A program made the translations under genes and the position numbers. The notes beneath the pieces were generated by a model. That model searched no databases and was not told where the DNA came from. It was given only the letters and a program-made list of their open reading frames with translations. A stretch of DNA of 64,000 nucleotides from Lama guanicoe. Taxonomy: Eukaryota. This document shows, piece by piece, positions 11,611-23,682 of the stretch (position 1 is its first letter; each line of letters opens with the position of its first letter). The stretch is taken from assembly GCA_013239625.1 (NCBI GenBank), contig MU053873.1, positions 2,494,524 through 2,558,523 of the forward strand, written 5' to 3'.

Positions 11611-12679
11611 AGAAACGGCGAGGATTTAGTAAATATCTGATGCATGAAAACTTACTCAATGAAGTGTAGATTTCTGCCCCACAGAAGTAGTAAAATAGGC
11701 AGCTCTGGCTGCTGTATCCTATTCCACTAGTAAGTGTCGCTAACAGACTGCATGCCATCTTCATTCACATGTTCATTCACACATTCAGCACTGAGTAAGA
11801 TAAATCTACCTTCAAATTGTAACTTTAAAAATTTCTGTTGGAAATAAGGGCTATCTGCACGCCTCTGACAAACTGCCCGTAAATGGTAAGCTTGGTCCCT
11901 TCCCCCATCCAGATGAATGACGTAATGGACTTGGTCCCATTCCACACACCAAGCAGTGGAGGTGAGACCCAAGACAGCACTGGGCAGCATGACATATGAA
12001 GTCCTTTTGTGGCTACCCCAACTGGGGACAGCTGGAACATTTCCTGAAATCTTCCAGCCCACACTTGAACCCAGCTCCTTGGAATGCTGAGGTCTCGCCA
12101 GGCCTGTGGACAGCAGCAAACTTTGAGGTTATGTGCACATGCTCCCCCTAGCCCCTCACGGCTGTGCCTCTTCCAATAACAATATTTTCTCTGCTCCCTC
12201 TGAAGAGAAAGTCATGTGTTAAATGGAAGATTTGCTTGAGTGAGTCACTGGGAACCTAAGTGAAATCATATTAAGGAAGTAATATTTATTATATCCATAA
12301 AGCAACCCGCACAGGCGATGTGCAGGGGCCAGATGGGAGGCCCAGATGTGCAGGGAGCCAAATCAAGCCTGTCAGAAAGGGAGCCTTGGCCTGTGAGTTA
12401 AAGCCCATCAGCTAGGGGGGAATTGGAGGTAGATTCGGTCAACAAGGGGCCCCTCTCGCAGCCTCAGAGGTGGGGTCTCCCAGAGGAAGAAGGGGTCAAG
12501 GGTTCCCTACAATGGCAGTGACTGCTGAGATGGTCCAGGATAACACACGGGAGCGGTGTCTGACCAAAAATGAAAGAGACCTGATCTGCATGACATGCAT
12601 AATAAGAACCAGGAGGGACACGGGTGGCAAGAGGGAAGGAAGATAGAAAGGGGAGGCAGAAGGAAGAAGACTCTTGGGG

Positions 12680-12858
12680 ACAGTTGTCTGAGTCATTGCT
12701 TGTTCAAGGATGCTCAGCCAATGGGGCAAGTAGAGGCTGAAATACAATTTACACTGTAGCTCAAAGCTGTGTATCTTGTGCAAGGGAGGTTCTATCCAGA
12801 GGAGGAGCCCTTTACCAAATGGCACAGAAGTGGCACAAATGGATTAACCACAGTCCTA
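12680..12858. mobile_element. MER91-like hAT MITE
   Basis: 'ggctgaaatacaatt...ccagaggaggagccctttaccaaatggcacagaag...ggattaaccacagtcct'. Confidence 0.5.
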
Positions 12859-13380
12859 GATAGAAGGATGAAAGGAAGACAAGAGGAGAGGAGTAGTCTT
12901 TCTGCTCTGCACCTTTCTAGACTGTCTACTTAATCTCACGGTTAACATTCTTCCAGCTGCATTCTCCTTGGTCCATGCCAATCCTGTTTACAATTCAAAG
13001 TCCAGATCAATCATCACCAACTCCAGGAAGGCTTCCCAGTTGTTCATATCTCCCAAAGGGAGCTCCTGATTCCTGCTGAGCAACCTAATGAGAAACCTGA
13101 AACTTCATCTACAAGCTAAGTCAGCCTTGAGCATAGCTGAGATGCCTTCATTGCTATGGTGTCAGCGGCCCTTTTGATGGCATTTCTCTCTCCATCCACA
13201 CCTCTCTGGCTCAGGACTACCCAACCACCCTAGATTCACCCTGATAGTCATAGGTGCAAGGAATTAAATGCTCTCCTTTTATTATTTTTTTAAATTTTTA
13301 TTTCTGATGGAGACCATCTGGTGGCAATTCAGATACCAGACAAGTGGACAGGGCAATTGTAAACACTGACCTGGACAATA

Positions 13381-13917
13381 TATAGTAAACACCTTTATCC
13401 TTGCCCATCTAACATCCATTCCCTTGCTTTCTGGGAAGAAGCTTATACTTCTTCAGGGACCCATTCTTCCTCCACCCTCAGTCCACGGGACTCTAGTTGC
13501 ACAGATACCTCTCCCTGGCTCCAGAGGTGAGTCCTATTCCTTCAGGTCACAGTGATTGGTTTAGAAATGGGTACATGACCCAAGACATCTAATGAGAGCC
13601 AGTCCTGTGATTTTTGCTGTAACTCACAGGAAAGAGACTCTGGGAGTAGGGGGCACAAATAATTTAAATGGAGTTGCAGTCATCTTACCACCACAGAGAG
13701 AAATCCATTCCCCGGGAATGGAGCCAACTCAGAGAAAAGCTGAGCCAAGACAAGAGATGAAAACACAGATATTCTTGACACCACTTGAGCATCTGGAGCC
13801 AGCCATATCTGAAGCTGATGTCTTTTTAAAAAATATAAACCAATATATTCCCTTTCTAGATGAAAACAGTTTCATCTGGATTTCTGGTATTTGTTACTGA
13901 AAGAGCCCTGATCAATA
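13381..13917 (+). mobile_element. MaLR solo LTR (MLT1J/K/L-like)
   Basis: 'ggtcacagtgattggtttagaaatgggtacatgacccaag', 'tttgttactgaaagagccctga'. Confidence 0.8.
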
Positions 13918-14299
13918 AGCAAAGTTTCCTAAATCTGGTTCTTTGTTAATCATCACTGAAATAAAGAAAAATGGAGCTTTGAGCTGGGAGTTGATAGATC
14001 TGAGATTTTACTCTAGATCTTAGATCAAGCAAGTAGTTGATCCTAGGACACTCATTTCCCCTTATCAGGCCTAGTTTTATCTTATGTAAAATAAAAGCTG
14101 CCTCTTGTTTGGTTAAACTTTTCTCTTTTTTAATAAAATGTTATCTCTAAATTTTTGTGCAGAACAGTGACTTCTTTGGGTATAGGAGGGCCTGGTTGTC
14201 AGGAACACATCTCTTATCCCTTAGCCACTCCCTGTAGTCTCTGGACTACCTCCAACAGTTGGGCAATCTTCCCAATCCTGTAAGAAGCAGTGCTTCAAG

Positions 14300-14650
14300 G
14301 TATAGGTGTCCACAGTAATGGAAAGTCCCTACACTTTGGCACAAGGCAAACACAGGCTGAAATCCTAGAGGACTTGCTCAGCGACATGAGAACCTTGAGA
14401 AGTCCCATCGCTCCTCTGAATGCCAGTTTCTTCCTTACAGAATGGGGACCACTGTCTTTAATCTTCACAGCCAGAGACTGTACTAAATGCTTTCTGTGTA
14501 TCCGCACCCTTTACCTTCACAATGGCCTTATGAGTTAAAGTCCTGTTAGTATCTCCATTTTGCAGAAAAGAAAACCCAGGTTCTGAAAGGTTAAGATTCA
14601 TACATAAAGTCAAGTCCTGAACTAGGATTTGAATCCAGATGTGTGTGAGC
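14300..14650. mobile_element. two adjacent MIR SINEs in opposite orientation
   Basis: + copy to ~14450 ('cagtttcttccttacagaatgggg'); - copy from ~14460 ('ctccattttgcagaaaagaaaacccagg'). Confidence 0.7.
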
Positions 14651-14741
14651 TCAAAATACTAGTATGTACTAGCAGTGTGTATACACAGATCTAAGACACA
14701 GCCTAACACACAGTTGATATTCAAAAAGAGAAGATATAAAT

Positions 14742-14910
14742 GCACTACTGTCCAACAGAATTCCCTGCAATGATGAAAATGTCTTAGTGCTGACCTGCCC
14801 AACACAGTAACCCGCGTGTGGCACTTAAGACTGGGGATTTTTACATTTTATTTAATTTTAATTAAATTTAAAGAGCCACACATAACTGGTGGCTACTATA
14901 TTAGACACTC
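14742..14910. mobile_element. MER3-like hAT MITE
   Basis: 'ctgtccaacagaattccctgcaatgatgaaaatg...ttttatttaattttaattaaatttaaagagccacac...ggctactatattagaca'. Confidence 0.8.
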
Positions 14911-15316
14911 TACTCCCTGAGGGGAAGATGGAAAGTATTTGTAAAATAAATGTATCCGCAGTCCAGCTGATCTGTGTTCAAATCCCGGTTGGCCACGGAC
15001 TGGCATTCTGACCTTACTTAAGTGATTTCAGTTTATAGTGACAAAACCGCCTACCTCACAGGATCGTCATGACATGCACTCCCCATGCATTCATTCAACC
15101 ATGCTGAGCATCTCCTGCAGCTGGAGCCTTTTGCTACATGTTGGGAATATCATGAAGAGCAGGATAGAAAAGAATCCAGTTCTCAAAAAAACATCCAGCT
15201 TCAGGACACCGCAAATGCAGGTGAGCATCATGCACGTGAGGCAGGGAGCACAGCGCCGGGCACACCGTGTGCGCACGCTGGGGAGACAGGGGTCTACTTC
15301 AAGTAGCAGACAGCTT

Positions 15317-15392
15317 AGACTTACATGATGTTATATGTCAATTCTATCTCAACAAAGCTAGCGTGGCGAGGAACTAAAAAAAAAAAAACAGC
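15317..15392 (+). mobile_element. short L1 3' terminus with poly(A)
   Basis: 'gttatatgtcaattctatctcaacaaagct' plus A13; imperfect TSD AGTAGCAGACAGCTT (15302-16) / AGCAGCAGACATCTT (15393-407). Confidence 0.75.
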
Positions 15393-15439
15393 AGCAGCAG
15401 ACATCTTCTGGAGGAGAACTTGGCAACGTCTCCAGAGCA

Positions 15440-15740
15440 TTTTGTGTTAACTTGAGAAAGTTGGGAGGGTTATGCAAATGGGCCTGTTGAATAAAGAATA
15501 TTCCTAGGTAAAATCATTATGCAGAACGGTTCCCCCTTTGCATAAGGTGGCAAAAATTATCTCCCCAGTGCCAATTATGTGCTTGTTAGCACTGACATTC
15601 TCAGAGTCATTACACCGAACGAGTGCCGTTTATGTAAGATCTACACTGGGTTCTATTGTAATTTTTTCTCTGTTTACAACTCGGTGTAATAAATGTCATT
15701 TTTTCAAATGTTAAGGTATTTGGTATTTAATCTAACATTA
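15440..15740. promoter_or_regulatory. candidate enhancer / conserved non-coding element (POU and forkhead motifs)
   Basis: repeat-free; ATGCAAAT 15472-15479, TTTGCATA 15537-15544, TGTTTAC 15671-15677. Confidence 0.5.
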
Positions 15741-16068
15741 AGGCTTGGAATATGTTTGCCCCTAAAAGGCACTCACATCTAAACACCCTCAGGTGTCACG
15801 AAATGGAACAAATACTCAGGAATGCTTGATGGGGGTGGGGGTCAGGAGACAAGAATTCCATTTCCTACTGTGTCCTTGAACGTGGAGCTGCTGTCTTCTG
15901 AGCCTAATTGCCCTGTATGTGATACGATGTGATCAGAAAAAGTGATTTCTAAAGTCCTTTTGCAGACCCGACTTCCTATAACCCTGGGAGATGCTTTGCT
16001 TTTGTTCCTATTAATACACCATATTAATAGTGTATCTTAAAAAGACAAACAGAACAAAATGGAGAGCA

Positions 16069-16104
16069 GAGACAGACAGATAGATAGACAGACAGACAGA
16101 CAGA
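16069..16104. repeat. (GACA/GATA)n tetranucleotide repeat
   Basis: gagacagacagatagatagacagacagacagacaga. Confidence 0.9.
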
Positions 16105-16109
16105 ATCAC

Positions 16110-17330
16110 AAACAGTGGGATCATAAATTATTGAGTAATTGATATCAAGACTACTGAACTAGTCTACAGGGAAAAATCAAGGTGGATTCCTACCTCACAC
16201 CGTATACAAAAAAAAAAAAATCCACATAGGTTAAATACCTAAACATGAAAAGCAAAAAGTAGAAAGCAAATAGGAGAAAACATAGGAGAATATTTTCATG
16301 ACCTTCAATGGGAGGGGGCAGAATTTCTTGAAAACATTCCAACATTAGAGATGATGACATGGGTAAGGGATGGAATTCACTATACTAAAATTAAAGATAT
16401 TCGTCCCATGGACACCACAGACAAAGTTAGCACAAGGCTAATGGAGTGAAACAAGATATTTATAAAGAATAACCATCTAGGAAACACAGAAACCTACAAA
16501 TCAGAAAAACCAAAAAACCCTGAAAATCCAATAGTGAAATGGACAAAAATACGTTAATAAATAATTCACAGAAAAGGAAAGAAAATTTCTAATAAGTATA
16601 TAACAATGTGTTCAAAATTACCAGTGATGAGTGACATGGAAATTAAATTAACCATGAAGTATCATTTTATCCCCATTTGTCTGGCAAAAGTCAGAGAAAG
16701 ATAGTATCGTGTCTCGGCAAAAATGTGGTGAAAGAGGAATTCTCACGCACAGCTGGAGACAGTGTGAACCATGCAGCCGTCTGAGAACAGTCTGGCCAGA
16801 CTTAGTGGAATTAAGTGTGTGGATACCCAAGAGCTCAGCAAACCCATCACTGGTGATACAGCCTGAAGAAATATCATTCTCGGCCACAAGAAGATATGCG
16901 TAAATGTGTTCACTGCGTTCTTGTTTTGCTGATACAAAGTGGCCATGTTCCATCCCTTGAGAAGCAGGTGAGTCATACGTGGTGGGATGCAAGCTGGGAA
17001 ATGGGAAATACTCTGCAACTCTCAGGAAAAAAAAAAAGGACTCAGATCTATATGTGGCAGCGTAAGCAGATCTCAGAAACGATGCTGAGATAGAGCAAGA
17101 GCCAGAAAAAGAACCCAAATTTTTTCAATTTACAAAACTGCACACACCATACCTTTTCCAAAGATGCAAATATGTATGAATGGCCAGACTGGTTTGGAGG
17201 GCATACAAACCAGGATATGTGCCAAGGTGGGCAAGAGGAGGGGCATCGAGGTAGAAGATGGAGGGGGATGATTTAAATAAGAGTCCTTGCAGAGAGGATC
17301 TACTCAATTCTGTGCACCTAGGTGCCCAAA
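16110..17330 (+). mobile_element. old L1 (L1ME-like) ORF2 end and 3' UTR
   Basis: 'ggattcctacctcacaccgtatacaaaaa', 'gaaaacataggagaatattttcatgacc', 'ggaattctcacgcacagctgg'. Confidence 0.85.
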
Positions 17331-18954
17331 CCCCCCGAAATCATGGTTATCCACGTGTTAGGTTCCCAGGCACTGGGTCAAGAGGTGACAGAGATTAGAT
17401 ATAGATTGGGTATATCTCTATCTAATGTCTGTAACATTTAATATAGATAATTTAATCCTCACTTTCAGCACCATTCAGAACTGGGCAGATTTACATATTA
17501 CACAGCACATGTGATGCACACCCATAGACACCACCCCAAGCAGACACCAGACAAGAATGGGGCGTCAAGAAAAGGGTAATCAGCTGTTGTTCTGAAGCAC
17601 AAACCGTGCTGTCACCCATCTGGTGATAAAAGGGAGGTGCTAGTCCTGACTCCTGACATCAGTATTACGAGGGTCCTCTTTCTTTCTCTCTCTCCATAAA
17701 TGCCCCTTAGGACAGAGTCTTACAACTCTATGTGACCTTGGGCTCACTGCACATGCTGTTTCATGCCCACTGCCGTGTGCTGAGAGCCTACCAAACACTG
17801 GGAACTGTGCCCAAGGACCCAGAGTTCAAATGCACAGACCGCACCTGAATCCATGAATCCAACTTAAAGCCCAAGATCTCAGGCACCGTTCACAGCTTCC
17901 AAGCATGTGGCATGGTTCAGACTTGCAAACCCTGCTCCTCAGAGCCCCTGCCTTTACCCTGGACTCCAGGAAGCCTTGGGCCTTATGGAGCTCTTGATCA
18001 CCTCTGCCCCAGAGAAGCGTGCAAGGGTCACTTTGCTGACCCTGCTCCAAGCTGGTGACGCTTTACCACAGCAAACCCCATGGGGTCTGGATCTGCAAGT
18101 GTCCATCTGTCCCCAGCCTGGCTCGAGATGGCTGTACTCAGGTCAGAACAAGGTACCTCCAATAGCTGGGTTATTCATCTTGAATCAGCTTCTCTCCCCA
18201 GCCTCCCCCACGTGCCACTTTCCTGGCCAAGAACAGCTTGGCCCCATAATTCCTGCTGCAATCCTAGCAGATCCCAGCCCTTACACGTGAGAAGCCGTGA
18301 CCACTTGTGAAGGGAGAGCCTGCTCACTGGGGTTCCCCCTCAATCCCAAGGAACATTCATGCTTTAAGGGGGTTCAGAAAACAGCCACGTAGCAAGATTG
18401 GTGTGGGGATCCTCAATTTCAGACAAGTGAACTGAGGCTCAGATGGGGAACTGTGGATGTACCGAGCCAAGGTCCTGGGATTTATTCCAGCTGTACAGGG
18501 AGAGAAAGACGAGTATAGTTAAAAAGGCTCGACTTTACTTTCTGGACAAGAGAAAGGTGGTGGCATCAAGGTTTCAGAAGGGTGACATACCCCAAGTCTT
18601 TTCCGTCTCTTAGGCTCTAGGAAGCAGTGACAATGACAACAACATTACTTAATTCTTCCATCCAGTGGTTGCTCATCTCATGCCAAATCTGGGCCAAGCT
18701 AAGTGCACAAACCCTTCTCCAAGGGGCTAAGACCTAGACGTGTCTGATCTCACAAGGCCACATCTGAGAGCTGCAGAGATCCAAGGAGAGGAAGTTTCCA
18801 TCTCAGGAAGGTTGGTTATCTATAACATCTCCATGCAGGGGGCCACACTTCAGGTTTGGCCTTCAAATATGGTATGTAGACAAAGAAGATTCCCAGCAAA
18901 GGATTCTTTATTCTTAATAACTCCTGAATCCGATGTGCCCTTCCCATCCTCAGA

Positions 18955-19430
18955 GCCATCACCCCTCCCTGCCAATCTGATCAAGCCATCATCGTCTCAC
19001 CTGGGATGGCTACACACCTTCCTCACTGGCCATTTCCACACTTCCCCTTCAAATCCCTCTGTTGTATTTGAATTCTATAGTTTAGAATTAATGCCAAAGC
19101 CCCCTCCTGCTTCACAGGGCTCCCTACTGCCCTCAGAACAAAAGCCACTCAACTTATCACAGCCAGCAAGGTTCCAGTATTAGCTGGTCCCTGCCTTCCT
19201 CCCCAGTGCTCTCTGCCATGCAGTTAACACTCAGTACATATTGAGATGCTCAGGGTTCCCTGCATACATCATGCTGTTTCTCATCCACATGCCTCTGCAT
19301 CTGGCATCACCTCCTCCCATAATGTCCTCCAGCTCATCCCCAACAGAATCCCTGGCTAATTCCTACTCATCTGTCAAGACTCTGCCTTGGGACCACTTCT
19401 CAAAGAAAGCTTCCCATGCCCACCACCAGC
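18955..19430 (+). mobile_element. LINE L2 fragment
   Basis: 'caagccatcatcgtctcacctgg', 'ggctaattcctactcatctgtcaagactc'. Confidence 0.7.
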
Positions 19431-20789
19431 CCTCACCCCAGATGAGGATATGGGCCCTGACCTTCAGTCTTCACAATGACCCACCAAGGTGGGCACCAAT
19501 TGTAAATGAGAAAATTGAGGAACAGAGAGGCAAAGGCACCTACCCAGGCTGTGATTCAAACCGAAGTCTGTGTGATCCCAGGGCCCCAGCTTGTAAACAG
19601 GATGTTTGTCCACTCGGGTGAACTGGTATTGGGACACTGGAGGGGGAAGGATGCTGTTGCTAGACCCCATCCTGGTGTGTAAGAGGAGCAAGTGGAGAGA
19701 ACAGGAGGAGACACATTACCACACAGATTTGGGTGCAGGAGCAGCTGGCCATGGAGTTGACTCTATGTGGTCACGACCAAGAACGACTCCCATCCTTCAG
19801 ACAGTCTCAGCGTTAGCCATGTGGATCACAGTTCCAGGGTGGACCCCAGCACATGAGTGTTTCCCCAGCACCTTCAGCGATCCTGCAGTGAAGCCACTAG
19901 AAGGGCTCTTTGCCCAGAGAAGAATAAGCATAAAGCCAGGATGTGGGTGCCAGAAACGAGTCTCAGTGAGGCAAGACTAGGACCCAGATAGAAACAAATC
20001 TGTAAGTCCCTGATGGAATAGCCTCATCTTTACTCTCATTCCATACTTTTGCTTTTCATTTTACTTTTTCTGATGAAGAAGAGAGACCCCAAGGGCTAGG
20101 ATGGAGGGAAAAGCCAAAACACAAAAAGGGGGAACATGTAAGGTATGGAAACGCCACCAAAGGTCCTGCAGGTTTAATTCCTGTGACTGATTCAGCCTTG
20201 GGCAGGGCTTCAGCTTCTGCCTCTGTAAAATGCACAGAGGGTGGGTAGACGGTTTGTTTATTCATCCACTCAGCAGGTATTTGCTGAGTTCTCCACTAGC
20301 ATCTGGAAATCAAGTGATGGCCAAGACAAAACTGCTGCTCTCAAGAAGCTTACAACCTGAAGGGAGAGGTAAATATCAACTAGAGAAACTAATACCCATG
20401 TGGAGTGAGCAAGGGGGAGAGAAACAGAGGCTGAAGTTGGAGGGCAACACAGAGACAGAACTTGGAGGATTTTGTGCCTAAGGCCTGTGAAGCCCTGCAT
20501 GTATCACCCCTAAACTCCCTCTGTTCCTACATTAAAGGAAGCATCATTCAGTGGTCAAATTCCTGGTCTCCAGTACAAGATGCTGCCCATGCCCAGGCTC
20601 TGCATCCAAGATGGTGCCTCCTATTCCACTGAGCCCACCAACCCAAGCAGCCCCTTCCACCCCCACCCCTGCCCCTGCCCCCGCTCAAAATCCCACCCCC
20701 GCCCCACTGGCTCCTGAGCCCAGCAACTTCCACTTCGCCCATTTTTCTCTCTGTACTTCTTGCCTTTCATTTCTGACCAAACTTCAGAT

Positions 20790-20960
20790 GACGGGAACAC
20801 TGATAAATTAATGATTGTAATTAATAAAAATTGACTCTGTGCTAATAAATTATTATGAAATGGCCTGTCAGGTTTTTTAATGAAATGCAAAAAGCTGCAG
20901 TAATGAGATGAGTGTGTGCACTTTTTTCAGCCAAGACGTGAGGAAATACATCCATGGGGT
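20790..20960. promoter_or_regulatory. candidate homeodomain-rich enhancer / CNE
   Basis: abrupt AT-rich unique island with many TAAT/ATTA cores and CTGTCA at 20865. Confidence 0.55.
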
Positions 20961-21049
20961 ACTCAGAGTTTTATAAGGAAAAAGTCCAGGAGCAGAAAAG
21001 CAGGACTGTAGCAATGCTCAGAGGGAATGGGAGGAATCTCCGCTGGAGA

Positions 21050-21480
21050 AGTACCTATTATGTTAGACACTTCGTTTATGTTATTTCATATTAACTTATT
21101 AGTCCCATGAGGTAAATACTATTATTACCTGTCATTCTTATAGATGACGAAATTGAGGCCCAGAGAGGGTAAAGAATTACCTTAGGTCACCCAGTAATTA
21201 TGCTACAGAGCTACAATCAAGCCTAGATATGTTGATTCCAGATCTATCCCAAACTCTTAAACCACTCAACTGTACCACCTTTCAAGAACTCAGGATTTGG
21301 AAGCAAGGGACATGAGTACAAAGTCTGATTCAATCATGTGACATTGTGACCTGCACTAGATTGCTTAACCTCTCTGAGCCTCAGTTTTGCCATCTGTATA
21401 ATGGAGATAACAATACCTCTCTGATATGCTTTTATGTGTGTACAGTTAAGAATGAAGCAAGAAGACGTATGTGAACACAT
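21050..21480. mobile_element. two head-to-head MIR SINEs
   Basis: - copy 'tagatgacgaaattgaggcccagagaggg'; + copy 'cttaacctctctgagcctcagttttgccatctgtataatggag'. Confidence 0.85.
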
Positions 21481-21629
21481 GTAGCCCTAAGCATCCTTTT
21501 TCTCTTCTTCCAAGAGTTTGGCATAAGAAGTTTTGTCTGTGAGCCATTGAAGCATTACAACAAAAGGGGTCCAATGTCAAGGAGAGAAGGCACAGTATCA
21601 TTCCCCTTCTCGCCCCACCCCAGCTCTAT

Positions 21630-21990
21630 GGAGTGTTAAATATTACAAGGTTGTCCCAGTTCTTTGTAAACTATAGCCATGAATGTAAAACAACCGATTT
21701 TTACAACAGAATTGTTTAACCCTGCACCAATTAAAAGTACCTGTTATTAAAAAAGGTAATTATGCTGTAATTAGTTTGACACAAGACATTAAGCAGATTA
21801 TTATCAAAGCCAGGGAAATAGTAACTTCAAAGCAATTTCCCCCTCCTGAAATAGGCATTTACATGCCGCCATTGGAACACGATCCTCACTCGAGGCACTT
21901 TTTAATGCAGGGAAATGTGGTTCCAAACTCTTTCAAGCAGCTCGGAGCTTTACGGCAGAGAAAGCCCGCATTACAAATGAACCTGGGTGG
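21630..21990. promoter_or_regulatory. candidate enhancer / CNE
   Basis: repeat-free; TAATTA twice, ATCAAAG 21803, TTCAAAG 21826, GCCGCCATT 21865. Confidence 0.5.
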
Positions 21991-22629
21991 CTGGGCTACC
22001 AGAAATTCTTCTCAAGAGACCCACATTCTGGGTCAGGGACTGGCCGGCCAGGATGCAGCCTAGGCCAAAGCAAACATAGGCAGAAGATACTCACTGATAA
22101 AACCAGGAGAAGGGCTAAAGAGAACGAACTTAGCACCCAAACGTGCTGGGCACCACGCTTGGGGTTTTTTTCCCACTATTCTCTCTTTAATGCCCCAAAA
22201 CAAATCTGTGAGGTAAGGATAATGAGAGTCCATTTGTGAGGGAGAGAAAACAGATTACTGACCACTACTGTGGCAAGGAAGGAGAGGACCAAATGTCTCA
22301 AAAAGCCCTTCTCCCAGCAATTCTGTTATCCAAAATATATAACAAAACAAGTCACTTTAATTTCTCCTTAGCAACCTTTCAGGAGATTTGTCCTTCCTGA
22401 AAACCCTGACCTTCTCTCTCACTGGCTCCTTATGTTCTCCTTCCGTGCCCCTTCCCCACTGCCTCTTCTCTCACCTGCCAGATTCCTAGGGGAGGCAGGA
22501 CAGGAGCACCAATGAACAAGCATTCTAAGGAGTAGCTCAGCCCCACCGCTCACTAATGCTTCAGAACCATGGTCAGCAGCACCAATCCTTATCTGCTCTC
22601 TCTCATCCTCAACAATAAACTCCACCTGT

Positions 22630-22830
22630 GACTGAAGTCCCATCTCTGCCACTTACCAGCTAGACGACCTTGGATGATGTAAGTAACCTCTGTAAGCCTC
22701 AGTTCCTCTCTTCTGAAATGGAATAACAAGAGCACCTAACTTAAAGAGTTACTGTGAACTCTTGTCAAATGTTTAGCAAGGAGCCTGGCACATAGTTAAG
22801 TTCCCAATAAATAAGAACTATTATTATTAT
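22630..22830 (+). mobile_element. MIR SINE
   Basis: 'ctctgccacttaccagc...gcctcagttcctc...gcctggcacatagttaag...ctattattatt'. Confidence 0.88.
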
Positions 22831-23069
22831 TAACCCATATCTCCTGATGACTGACATATGTGCTTCCATCCGCCAATAGAGCTCCGCTCTCTAAGAGACA
22901 GAAAAATTCAGCTATAAATGTAAGGCAGGCAGGGGGCAAAACCAGATGGTTCAAAAAGTGAACTAGATCCCACCCCTCCTGAAGCTACACAGTGTTTTGT
23001 TTTGTTTTGTTTTAGCCAGCAAAATATGAAGTTTCTTTTCTCTAGACAGCTTTGTAATATTGTATTACA

Positions 23070-23300
23070 GATAACATTTATTGGGCATTTACGCTTTACC
23101 AAGCTCTACACGAAGCATTTTATATCAGTTATATCATTCAAAAATCTCAACCACTCTATGAGGCAGACAATATTACAAAACGTAAACGTTACCCATTTTG
23201 CAAGTGAGAAAGTGAGGCTCAGAGAGAGGAGATAACACACATTGCCACCCACCTGGTAAGGGGCAGAATGAGGATTTGAGCCCAGGTCTCTCTGACACAT
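23070..23300 (-). mobile_element. MIR SINE
   Basis: 'cccattttgcaagtgagaaagtgaggctcagagagagg...ggatttgagcccagg'. Confidence 0.85.
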
Positions 23301-23668
23301 ATCATATACCCAAGATGTCTCCCTGTCCTCCCAAATCACAGTATGGTGGAAAAGAGAGATAAGTCATTAGAAGTGATCTGAAGGTACCAGGTACCACCTA
23401 CATAGTAGGTGCTTAGAAAACGTATCCTCACCATGCTCCTCTTTAATATTCAGCTTCCCCATCTTTCAATTCTGGGGCAATTCCAGCAGGTGCTGCCAGA
23501 AGAGCATCCAAGATCCCAGAGCCTCCTCTCTCACTGGCTGTCACCCTAAGGCCCCATCTGTGTCCTCAGGGACCCTACCTGAGCCTCTTGCCTCTCCTCA
23601 AAGACTCTGGAATCCAGGAAGAGCTGGAGGAGCTGCTCCTGGCAGTGGGGCCTCAAGCCCATCCTGTC

Positions 23669-23682
23669 GTTGCCATGACAAC
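23669..23682. promoter_or_regulatory. RFX X-box motif
   Basis: GTTGCCATGACAAC, one mismatch from the palindromic consensus GTTGCCATGGCAAC. Confidence 0.55.

Noticed and set aside
17464..17475. Further RE1 sites (TCAGCACC here and at ~26659 and ~47884)
   Set aside because: Left half-sites only, with no GGACAG at the correct spacing.
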